IMG/VR virus record: IMGVR_UViG_3300036853_000446
Span: 124,001-188,000 of that record
Direction: 5' to 3' (one strand)
DNA: 64,000 nt
The translations under genes and the position numbers were made by a program. The notes under the pieces are model-generated. The model was not told where the DNA came from. It saw only the letters and a program-made list of their open reading frames with translations, and ran no database searches. Position 1 is the stretch's first letter. Every line of letters starts with the position of its first letter. Shown in pieces: positions 48,774-56,601 of the stretch.

Positions 48774-48791
48774 GTATAACTCCAGTTATAC
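48774..48791. promoter_or_regulatory. TA operator palindrome
   Basis: GTATAAC-TCCA-GTTATAC just upstream of antitoxin start. Confidence 0.75.
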
Positions 48792-48864
48792 CTCCCGTCA
48801 AGGCGGGCGACGCTGCCAAAAGCGGCCCACCGAGGCTTGAGCCCAACGTGAGGCTCTCCTTGCC

Positions 48865-51843
48865 TCACTCTCCGCGGCCCATGGCGAAATCATGCAGGTC
48901 TTCCGCGTCCTTCTTCTCCTGGTCCTGCCGCATGACGATCTCGAGGCGCCGCACGGCCTCCGCGTGGTTCGTCGGGTCGCGCTCCATGCCGATGAAATGC
49001 ATCCCCTCGAGCACGGCCGCGTGGAGCGTAGTACCCGAGCCGGCGTACATGTCCAGCACCGTGCCGCCTTTTTGTGTGACGAGCTTGACCAACCATCTGA
49101 TGAGCGCCAAGGGCTTCAACGTGGGGTGTTGAATTTCGAACTCGCCGCAGCCGGCTTCTTTACGGTTGGCCTTCGGAATATAGCGGAATGGCACGCCGCC
49201 CTGCGCGTCGAACTGAGTAAAGAACCGATCCACGCCGCCCTCGTCCGTGAGCCGGGTTCCGGCTTTGAACTGAAAATCAGCCATGTCCGTTCCCCTTTCC
49301 GCTAAGCCCTTGTTTTCAGTCGAGCCACCATTCGGGTGATGTCCTGACTCGACCCCCTGCTCCCGTAGCGCCCTGACGGGGCATCCTTCCACGCAAATCC
49401 AGTCTTCTACCGTTTCCAGGCCGTCGGGACCCGCGTAGCGCTGACTAGGCGTTTCCTTGGGCTGCCACCCGTCGTCGTTCATTATTCCGAGGGCCTCTAA
49501 CCGCCGCTTGCCACCGGGTGGGGTTTTGACGTCCTTCAGCCCGACGCGCTCACAGCCCGGGGCGTGAATGAACACAGCGTTCGGAGGCCATCTGCCTTTG
49601 CTAGCATCCTCGTCGGATTTGTCGGCCTCGAACTGGGTGAAGAAGCGAGAAGCACCGCCGGCATCCTGGTACGTGACATGATCATGCGCAGCCTGTGCAC
49701 CATCTGAGAAGGCGCCATTCTTCCCCTCGTAATTGAAATCGACGTGAACTTCCGAGGGGTCGTTGTTTGGGGAAGTGTATGAGCTGCGACGCTCGCCGCT
49801 CTGATCGTCGAGGGCCTTCACCGGACATCCTTCCACGCAGATCCAGTCGGCCACTTCCTCCTTCCCATCGAATCCAGCGTAACCGAGTTCGTCGCCTTCG
49901 ATGATGTTGTCCCCGTGCCACCCCCCTGTGTAGCCTGCCTTTGTACGGCCTTTACCCGTACAAAGAGACTTAGTGGTCACACGCTTAATGCCGACGCGCT
50001 GGCACCCCGCTCGACCTTCAACGTCTGGGACGTGTTCGAATACGGCGTTCGAAGGCCACCTGCCTTTGCTCTGGTCCTCGTCGGGTTTGTCGGCTTCGAT
50101 TTGGGTAAAAAACCGCGAGGCGCCCCCCTCATCGTCGTAGAGGGGGCCCTGGGTGTTGTGACCGAGATCCCCTCGTGTGTAACCACCACCACGGCTGTAC
50201 GTGGTTGGATAGTTGCCCGAGGATCGCCGATTACCGCTCTGATCGTCGAGGGCCTTCACCGGACATCCTTCCACGCATTCCCAGGCCTCCGTCTCTTCAA
50301 GGCCGTCCGAACCAACGTGGCTCGTTGTCTGCTGGTACTCAAAGCTCCCGTAGACGACCCTCGAGGGGGCCACATACTTCTTGTCCGGTACAGGTTCGCC
50401 TTTGGCTGCCGCCGCATGTGAACCTTTGATCCTCTTCGACCCGATGCGCTGGCAACCCGGGCGTCCGTCAGCATCGGGGACGTGCTCGAGCAGGACGTTG
50501 CTCGGCCACCTACCTTTGCTCGCATCCTGAGAATCTGCCTCGATCTGCGTGAAGAACCGCGAGGCCCCGCCGGCATCCGCGTAGACTTTGCTCAGGTGCG
50601 TTCGCTCCCCGAGGAACGTGGACGTAGGGTTCATCTCCGTGCCCGGGTGCTCGTGGCTCACGTCCGGGTCCGCGCGCCCCGTCAGCGTGCTCGGCCGATC
50701 GCCGCTCATGGCGTCTAGGGCACGTACAGGGCATCCTTCGGCGCATTCCCAGGCCTCGACCGTTTCGTTGCCGTCGTCATCGCCATAGCCACCACCACGT
50801 TCCTGAACCTGTGGCTGCCAGCCATCGTCGTTCATTTTGCCCAACGCACTATGCCGACGAGTTCCCTGCATGATGGCCGCAACCTTTTTTGACCCGACAC
50901 GCTGGCAACTCTCGGAATGTTCGAGCACGACGTTGCTCGGCCACCTTCCGCCGGCCTTGACCTCGTTGGCGCCGCTGAGGTCGCTGTCGTTCTTCCACGA
51001 TTTATCCCGGCTGCCGCCCTTCTCACGGATGGCATCGACGCCCTTCTTGTGGGTCTCGAAATCTTCCTGCGAGGCGTGCCGCACGCGGGTGGCGTCGATG
51101 TTGAGCCCGCCCGTCCCGTGCTTCAGGACGTTCGACGCGAGCGTGCCCTCGAGCGGCTTGCGGAAGACCAAAATTGGCTCAAATGCAGGCTTGAGTCCAC
51201 TCCCCCACCCAGACCAATGTTTGGCCTCGTCGGATGCTGGCGCGTACTGGTGGTGATATTTCTCGACCTGCTCTGGGTCCTTCATCCAAGGCCGAGAGAA
51301 CCCCACAGCGTGAGGGCCCGATTCGGAGAGATTTACGACGCTAGAGTTGTTACCCCGATCAGCAAATTCCTCGTGACCCGGCTTGATCCCAACCAGCTGC
51401 GTGCGCGTCTTCCCGAACCGATTGTCGATGCCTTTGCTTATATCATGGCTCTTTGGCATGCCCTGACCCTGAATCCATTGCAATATCGGATAGTTACGAC
51501 CGATCGTGTCGCGGCATTCGAACCCCGCCATTCGAAGCCCGATGCTAATCAGGTCGAACGTTCTTGTTCCTCCGAACGAGAGCACGTGACCGCCGGGCTT
51601 GAGCACGCGGTAGACCTCGCGCCAAACGGCAACGCTCGGAATGCTCCATTTTTGGCCCATGAAGTCATTTCCAGTGTCGAGCGTGCATCCGAGCACGTAC
51701 GCAAAGATGTCCTCCGGCGACGGGTCCTTGTTCCCGAGCCCATATGGCGGATCTACAACGGTGGCATCTATTGAATCCGAAGGAAGGTCACGGAGAAGGT
51801 CGAGACAATCACCGAGAAGAATCTGATCGAGAGGGAGGTCCAC
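48865..51843 (-). CDS. Beta-class N4/N6 DNA methyltransferase, 992 aa, with internal repeats
   Basis: DPPYG N-terminal; HPTLKP..LDMYAGSGTT C-terminal. Confidence 0.9.
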   Translation of the reverse strand: MDLPLDQILLGDCLDLLRDLPSDSIDATVVDPPYGLGNKDPSPEDIFAYVLGCTLDTGNDFMGQKWSIPSVAVWREVYRVLKPGGHVLSFGGTRTFDLISIGLRMAGFECRDTIGRNYPILQWIQGQGMPKSHDISKGIDNRFGKTRTQLVGIKPGHEEFADRGNNSSVVNLSESGPHAVGFSRPWMKDPEQVEKYHHQYAPASDEAKHWSGWGSGLKPAFEPILVFRKPLEGTLASNVLKHGTGGLNIDATRVRHASQEDFETHKKGVDAIREKGGSRDKSWKNDSDLSGANEVKAGGRWPSNVVLEHSESCQRVGSKKVAAIMQGTRRHSALGKMNDDGWQPQVQERGGGYGDDDGNETVEAWECAEGCPVRALDAMSGDRPSTLTGRADPDVSHEHPGTEMNPTSTFLGERTHLSKVYADAGGASRFFTQIEADSQDASKGRWPSNVLLEHVPDADGRPGCQRIGSKRIKGSHAAAAKGEPVPDKKYVAPSRVVYGSFEYQQTTSHVGSDGLEETEAWECVEGCPVKALDDQSGNRRSSGNYPTTYSRGGGYTRGDLGHNTQGPLYDDEGGASRFFTQIEADKPDEDQSKGRWPSNAVFEHVPDVEGRAGCQRVGIKRVTTKSLCTGKGRTKAGYTGGWHGDNIIEGDELGYAGFDGKEEVADWICVEGCPVKALDDQSGERRSSYTSPNNDPSEVHVDFNYEGKNGAFSDGAQAAHDHVTYQDAGGASRFFTQFEADKSDEDASKGRWPPNAVFIHAPGCERVGLKDVKTPPGGKRRLEALGIMNDDGWQPKETPSQRYAGPDGLETVEDWICVEGCPVRALREQGVESGHHPNGGSTENKGLAERGTDMADFQFKAGTRLTDEGGVDRFFTQFDAQGGVPFRYIPKANRKEAGCGEFEIQHPTLKPLALIRWLVKLVTQKGGTVLDMYAGSGTTLHAAVLEGMHFIGMERDPTNHAEAVRRLEIVMRQDQEKKDAEDLHDFAMGRGE
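49200..50950 (-). repeat. Four tandem ~140-150 aa modules in the methyltransferase
   Basis: GRWP(S/P)N x4, WxCxEGCPV x4, GGASRFF x3 plus GGVDRFF. Confidence 0.9.
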
Positions 51844-51880
51844 CCCGGCTCATACACCGGCGGGCGCGCGCCACCGTTCG

Positions 51881-52072
51881 TCAGACTTCCGATTCGACTT
51901 TTCGTTTGCCCCTGCGCGACCCAAGGCGATCGATGATGCGAACCGCCATGACGCCGAAGGCGAAGCCGTAGAGGCTCGTGACCCCGATGGCCGCCACCGT
52001 CTGGTAGTCACCGGTGCCGATGAAGTACCCGACGTTGGCCGTGAAGCTCGCGATGTAGCCGACCTTGAGCAT
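51881..52072 (-). CDS. small membrane protein
   Basis: Two hydrophobic segments, basic tail; start uncertain. Confidence 0.45.
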   Translation of the reverse strand: MLKVGYIASFTANVGYFIGTGDYQTVAAIGVTSLYGFAFGVMAVRIIDRLGSRRGKRKVESEV

Positions 52073-52215
52073 CGAGACCGGCGGCGGCGCTCGAAGCCAC
52101 GACCACCGGCGGACCTTCAGCTCCCCGGGCTTCTTCGTCTCCTTGGCGCGCCGTCTCACCCGGAGGCTGAGGGGCACGCGCAAGGGGCTTCCACGGCGGC
52201 TCCAGCGATGCACCC

Positions 52216-52557
52216 CTACTCCGAAAGGCTCAGGTGCGCGCGCAGAAACCGACCCAGCTCGCTCTCAGCGCCAGGCTCGTCCAACGCAATGACCCGCTCG
52301 ACGAACTCATCGGAGCCGAGTCTCGCAAAGAGCAGCCTCACCTCGCGGGCTCCGAGGTCAAACCTGGCTGAGCCCTCCCACTGCGGGGCGGACCACTCGG
52401 CTCGGACGTACCCTTCCGGCGTCGGGTACACGTACGGCGTCGGCAGCTTCTCCCGGTCGACCACAGCGCCGAGCTGCTCGCCAACCCAGGCGAGCTGACC
52501 GCGGTCGTAGACGCTGCCGTCGCCGTCGAGCCACCCGGGCTCGAGCACAGCCAGCAT
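52216..52557 (-). CDS. hypothetical protein
   Basis: GWLDGDG..VYPTPEGYVRAEW; start uncertain. Confidence 0.5.
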   Translation of the reverse strand: MLAVLEPGWLDGDGSVYDRGQLAWVGEQLGAVVDREKLPTPYVYPTPEGYVRAEWSAPQWEGSARFDLGAREVRLLFARLGSDEFVERVIALDEPGAESELGRFLRAHLSLSE

Positions 52558-52624
52558 TTCGAGCTGCTGAGGAATGGGAATTCTACAGCCTTGCCGGTGA
52601 GCCGGGGCATGGTATTCCTTCATC

Positions 52625-52897
52625 ATGGCCAGGAATACCCCGTTTCCCACAACGGCGGAGCAAAGATTGAGACTCCCCGGGTTCGTCGCCGACATGCTGT
52701 CGGCGGGGCTCGATGAGGACCTCATCACCAAGGCCTCCGAGCTGGCGAACGTCGACCAGGGGATTTTTGAACTCTTCGAGTTGTGGACGGAATCCGAAGC
52801 CGACCCGGCCGAGCGGGCTCTCATCGTTGCCGACATGCAGGACCTGCTCGACGCACAGTCCCGCCCGATCGCGATCTGGAGCCTAGCGGCGGAATGA
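52625..52897 (+). CDS. hypothetical protein
   Basis: ATGA overlap with next gene. Confidence 0.55.
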   Translation: MARNTPFPTTAEQRLRLPGFVADMLSAGLDEDLITKASELANVDQGIFELFELWTESEADPAERALIVADMQDLLDAQSRPIAIWSLAAE

Positions 52898-53481
52898 GTA
52901 TAGTCGCCGCCACGATGGCGCGCGATCGGCAGAATCCTGGGCCCGTGATGAACCGTAAAGAGCGGCGGCGACTCAAGGTCACCCACGGGCAGCAGCTCGA
53001 CCGGATGCTGGCCGAACGAAAGTGTGCGGCGTGCACGGGATGCTGCACGGTGCTGGCCATTGAGGAACTCGATAAACCTGCGGGTGTTCCCTGTCAGCAC
53101 CTCAGTAGCGACGGCGGGGGCTGCGGCATCTACGAGACCAGGCCCAAAGCCTGTCGCGAGTACGACTGTGGTTGGCGGCTAGGTGTCGGCACGCTCGAGC
53201 AGAGGCCCGACCGCATGGGCGTCGTGATGAGCCCGATCGCCCCGGGCTTACCGGGCCACCCGGGTGCAGTCGTGCACGAGCTGTGGCCGGACGCTTTCGA
53301 CGATGCCCAGGCGTTTTTGGCAGACGTGGCGCGGGGCTTGGTTCTGCTTCTCATCCGCGATGATCTCATCAAACGAGTGATGGGACCCGAGGACAGGATT
53401 CACGGCATGAAGTCCGAGATGGAAGTGCTTCGTCGATTGAACGCAGAGACGCGGGCGGCTAAAGGGCTCGGCACCAAGTAG
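52894..53481 (+). CDS. YkgJ-family CxxCxxCC Zn/Fe-chelating protein
   Basis: CAACTGCC..CQHL..CGIYETRPKAC..YDC. Confidence 0.85.
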   Translation: MSIVAATMARDRQNPGPVMNRKERRRLKVTHGQQLDRMLAERKCAACTGCCTVLAIEELDKPAGVPCQHLSSDGGGCGIYETRPKACREYDCGWRLGVGTLEQRPDRMGVVMSPIAPGLPGHPGAVVHELWPDAFDDAQAFLADVARGLVLLLIRDDLIKRVMGPEDRIHGMKSEMEVLRRLNAETRAAKGLGTK

Positions 53482-53530
53482 GGCGCGCCAGGATAATGTC
53501 TCTATCAGGCGTCACCTTGTCGAGAAGGTG

Positions 53531-54826
53531 ATGAACAGAAAGGCAATGGCATTGAAGGTCGCGCGGGCGTGGTTGCGACGTGCTGCGGTCGTGCCCGATG
53601 ACCTCTTTGATCGATATTCACATCAATTGAAGGGGATCCTTTCCGGTCCCACCTCAGGGCCACGCAGCGTCGCACAGATGATTCGCAAGGGCATCGAGCC
53701 GTTGTTCCATCAGTTCGTGCATGATCTCCGCGAGACTGGGCTTACACGAAACCTCCTCGCGCATGTCGTTCGCAATCTCAATGCCGACCTGAAGATCCTG
53801 AAAGAGATTGAGACGAACCTCGAAAACCTGCACATCGCAATGACCTGCCCGCAGGGTGACGACAAATATTTGCCCGAGCACGAGATCAAGTGCCGCCTTG
53901 CCAGTGTGTTGAAAGATTGGTTCGACAACAGCGTCAAAACAATCGACCAAGCCCTTTTAGAGAACTGGTCGGTACGCTCCATAGGTGCAACCGGCCTCGT
54001 TGACCAGATCCTGAAGCAGGCCAGCCCGAAAGAATTGTCGATGCTCGGGGCTGTTGCGAACGGAGATGAGTCGACGGAGGTCCTTCAGCAACTGCGCGCC
54101 TTCAACGTGCGCGCTGTCGACCCCCTCGCCAAGAAACTCGTCATCAAAAACTGGCTCGGCGACGACAATTGGTGGCTCGGCCTGTTTGACCAAGTGAAGC
54201 GTAATCTCACCCACGAATCCGCCACCGATAGACCCGATGAGCAATTCGACCTTCACGGGATGAAGGTCGTCGTCGACGACGATACGGTGAACGCGGCTGA
54301 TATCCGTGCCTATGTTAAATACTTCGATATCGCCTATCAGAGCCTGAAGTCGAGGCGACTCCACTCGGCGTGGTACGGCGACATACTGATCGATTGCAAA
54401 GGCTGCGGGGGAGTCATCGATACGGGCGCAAATATTGGTGGCCACTTCAACGTCGGAAAGGATCAGGTCACGATCTTTGCTCGACCCGGCCCGACGATCA
54501 GCTACATTGTGGTACATGAGCTTGGACACCGGTACTGGTTCAAGAGCTTGTCGCGAGGCCAGCGCGGCAAGTTCGAATCCCTCGTAAAGGTGAAGGGCGA
54601 CGGCGCCAAGCCGGTCCTTCCCGTCTCTGACTACGGTGCTTCAAACATCGACGAAGCGTTTGCCGAGGCATTCGCCTGGTATGTCCTCCGCCGGAAGATG
54701 AACGCCGATCAAGAGGCTTCATTCAAGGCGGTCCTGCTCGACAAGGATCGCCGCTCCGTCACGTCCAAAACGGCGTCGAGATCGACGAGCGCCGCAAGAC
54801 GAGTCAGACGACCTCGATCTTCCTGA
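53531..54826 (+). CDS. Zincin metallopeptidase (LF/MPTase-like) with KVARAWL leader
   Basis: VVHELGHRYW, SDYGASNIDEAFAEAF. Confidence 0.8.
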   Translation: MNRKAMALKVARAWLRRAAVVPDDLFDRYSHQLKGILSGPTSGPRSVAQMIRKGIEPLFHQFVHDLRETGLTRNLLAHVVRNLNADLKILKEIETNLENLHIAMTCPQGDDKYLPEHEIKCRLASVLKDWFDNSVKTIDQALLENWSVRSIGATGLVDQILKQASPKELSMLGAVANGDESTEVLQQLRAFNVRAVDPLAKKLVIKNWLGDDNWWLGLFDQVKRNLTHESATDRPDEQFDLHGMKVVVDDDTVNAADIRAYVKYFDIAYQSLKSRRLHSAWYGDILIDCKGCGGVIDTGANIGGHFNVGKDQVTIFARPGPTISYIVVHELGHRYWFKSLSRGQRGKFESLVKVKGDGAKPVLPVSDYGASNIDEAFAEAFAWYVLRRKMNADQEASFKAVLLDKDRRSVTSKTASRSTSAARRVRRPRSS

Positions 54827-55604
54827 CCTTCACATTCCGTGGGTTGAACACGGCGATCTCCGGCACGCCTTGGACGAGGTTGGTGCCGTAGAAAAAGACC
54901 GAGTCATACCCTTTTGATCGCGCTTTACGAGCCTGGCTCGTGCTCTTCGTGACCAGCGGATTGCTGACAGTCACCGCCACCGTATAGACCTTCGGGCGGT
55001 ACGTTTTAGAATCCAGGCCGAGCGCGTCGAGGTTGTCATAAACATAGTCGGGAGCGCCCGTAGAGGAATTCATCAACTCGTCGAGCACCGAGTCCGTCTC
55101 GGACCCGAGGGGCTTCACTTTGCTGCCGATGATGTATGCGGCCAGGTCGCTCACGGCGTTGGGGTCGACGCCGAGGTAGTCCTCGAAGCCGACGAGGTCG
55201 ACATGTCCCTCTCCCGGGCCCGGATTCTCTCGCCAGAAACCGGCATCCTGGAGGGCGCGCGTCCACCCGCCGTCTCCGTGCTCGACGAGCATCTCGAGGA
55301 ATCTGCCGGCGGCCGGTTTCCTCCGCTTCAGGTCCGCGACGATCGTGGGCGAGAAGCCTATGTTACGGTTCGCGTAGGCGTACTCGCCGGCAACCCGCTT
55401 GCTCGGGGTCAGGAAGATCCCTCTGCCGTAATAGCTGTCGACCAGTTCGTCGCGGCTCTGACCCATGTCGAAGCTGCGAAAGAGCCGCGTCGTGCCGTGG
55501 TAAAGGGTCACCGGATGGCCCGTGCGAAGGCCCTCCAGATGGTACTCGACGAGAGGATCTACGGTCTCGCGCGCGACCCGGCGATCGTAATCGTAGGCCA
55601 GCAC
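54804..55604 (-). CDS. ADP-ribosyltransferase-like protein with YDYDRR leader
   Basis: LYHGT, GRGIFLT, A.EYA, GYDSV, EIAVFNP. Confidence 0.75.
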   Translation of the reverse strand: MLAYDYDRRVARETVDPLVEYHLEGLRTGHPVTLYHGTTRLFRSFDMGQSRDELVDSYYGRGIFLTPSKRVAGEYAYANRNIGFSPTIVADLKRRKPAAGRFLEMLVEHGDGGWTRALQDAGFWRENPGPGEGHVDLVGFEDYLGVDPNAVSDLAAYIIGSKVKPLGSETDSVLDELMNSSTGAPDYVYDNLDALGLDSKTYRPKVYTVAVTVSNPLVTKSTSQARKARSKGYDSVFFYGTNLVQGVPEIAVFNPRNVKVRKIEVV

Positions 55605-55608
55605 GGCT

Positions 55609-56577
55609 TCAAACCAAGAGCTGGAGAAGGTCCCGCTCCGATGGCAAGAGCAGCACCTTGCCGAGCGCCCCGCGGTCGACGGCGAGCTTCAGACGCTCGA
55701 TGACCTCGTCGTCCAGATACTGCTTCGCCAGGTTCCGCATGAGGCTACGGCGCTCGCCGTTCTTGTTGAGCCAAGCGAGATACCGCGATCGATTCATCCC
55801 GCCTTCGCCCCCGCTCCGATGACTCGCGTCGTTCCAGGCCGCGATAATCTGCTCCTCCGTCATGCCGCCGGCTTTGCCCTCGATATAGATCCAGGCCCAG
55901 GGCTCGCCTGCCGGGCCGAGCAACAGGGGGTTGCTCTTGAACTTCCGCTCGATCTCGTTCCACAGGGCCCTGTCGTCCGGTCTCGGTTCGTGCTCGTGGT
56001 GCACGCTGTCGCCGAATTCCGGGTCGTCACGGATCTCCTGCCGTCGTGACCGGCTGATGAGGACGTCCTTGATGCGCATCGTAAATCCGTTGGCCATGTA
56101 GTGAATGGCCTGGCCCACGTTGTTATCCCCGGAGAGCGCGTGTCTCTGAAGCATCGCCGTATAATTGTTCCAGGCCTCCTCCACGACGGGCAGCGGGATC
56201 TTCCGCTTGCCGGCCATCGAGAGACTAAAGATGCGCGAGCCAATGGCATTAGCGATCGGCCTGAGCTTCGACAGCGTGTTGTGTTTGATGAAGGGTCGCA
56301 GCTCTTCGATGGTCTTGCCTTCGATATCGCCCGGCGTGCCCGCCTCCTCCATGCTGATGAGCGCCTGCAGCCCGATCGACAGGTTCATGTCGTCCCGGGT
56401 GAAGGCCCGTCGGATGAACGCTCGTCGGGTGAGAGCCTTGTGGGTGGATACCTCCCGGGTCGAGGCCTCTCGCAGGAACGCCTGAACGATGCTGGCGATC
56501 CGGACTCGCACCGGCACGGCGGCCAGAATCGTTCGAGATAGCTGCAGGGCGTCGGAGGCGAGCGCTTGGCGGGTCAT
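55609..56577 (-). CDS. Possible divergent sigma-factor-like protein with RIAS..FLREAS N-terminus
   Basis: Region-2-like VEEAW..AIHYM...RIKDVL..RSRR; region-4-like GMTEEQII; weak resemblance. Confidence 0.45.
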   Translation of the reverse strand: MTRQALASDALQLSRTILAAVPVRVRIASIVQAFLREASTREVSTHKALTRRAFIRRAFTRDDMNLSIGLQALISMEEAGTPGDIEGKTIEELRPFIKHNTLSKLRPIANAIGSRIFSLSMAGKRKIPLPVVEEAWNNYTAMLQRHALSGDNNVGQAIHYMANGFTMRIKDVLISRSRRQEIRDDPEFGDSVHHEHEPRPDDRALWNEIERKFKSNPLLLGPAGEPWAWIYIEGKAGGMTEEQIIAAWNDASHRSGGEGGMNRSRYLAWLNKNGERRSLMRNLAKQYLDDEVIERLKLAVDRGALGKVLLLPSERDLLQLLV

Positions 56578-56601
56578 GCCATCAGCGCTCCAACAAAGAC
56601 T

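Larger units (their letters stand above)
18130..56599. promoter_or_regulatory. Dispersed TCnnTT(G/A)(A/T)TG motif before leader-bearing and structural genes
   Basis: At 22924, 23337, 24024, 24552, 26154, 26459, 27653, 29436, 31896, 33380, 35473, 37568, 38963, 39183, 42840, 44823, 45771, 56590. Confidence 0.65.

Noticed and set aside
48865-51843. Diversity-generating retroelement TR/VR
   Set aside because: Differences are not adenine-specific, repeats are in-frame protein modules, and there is no reverse transcriptase
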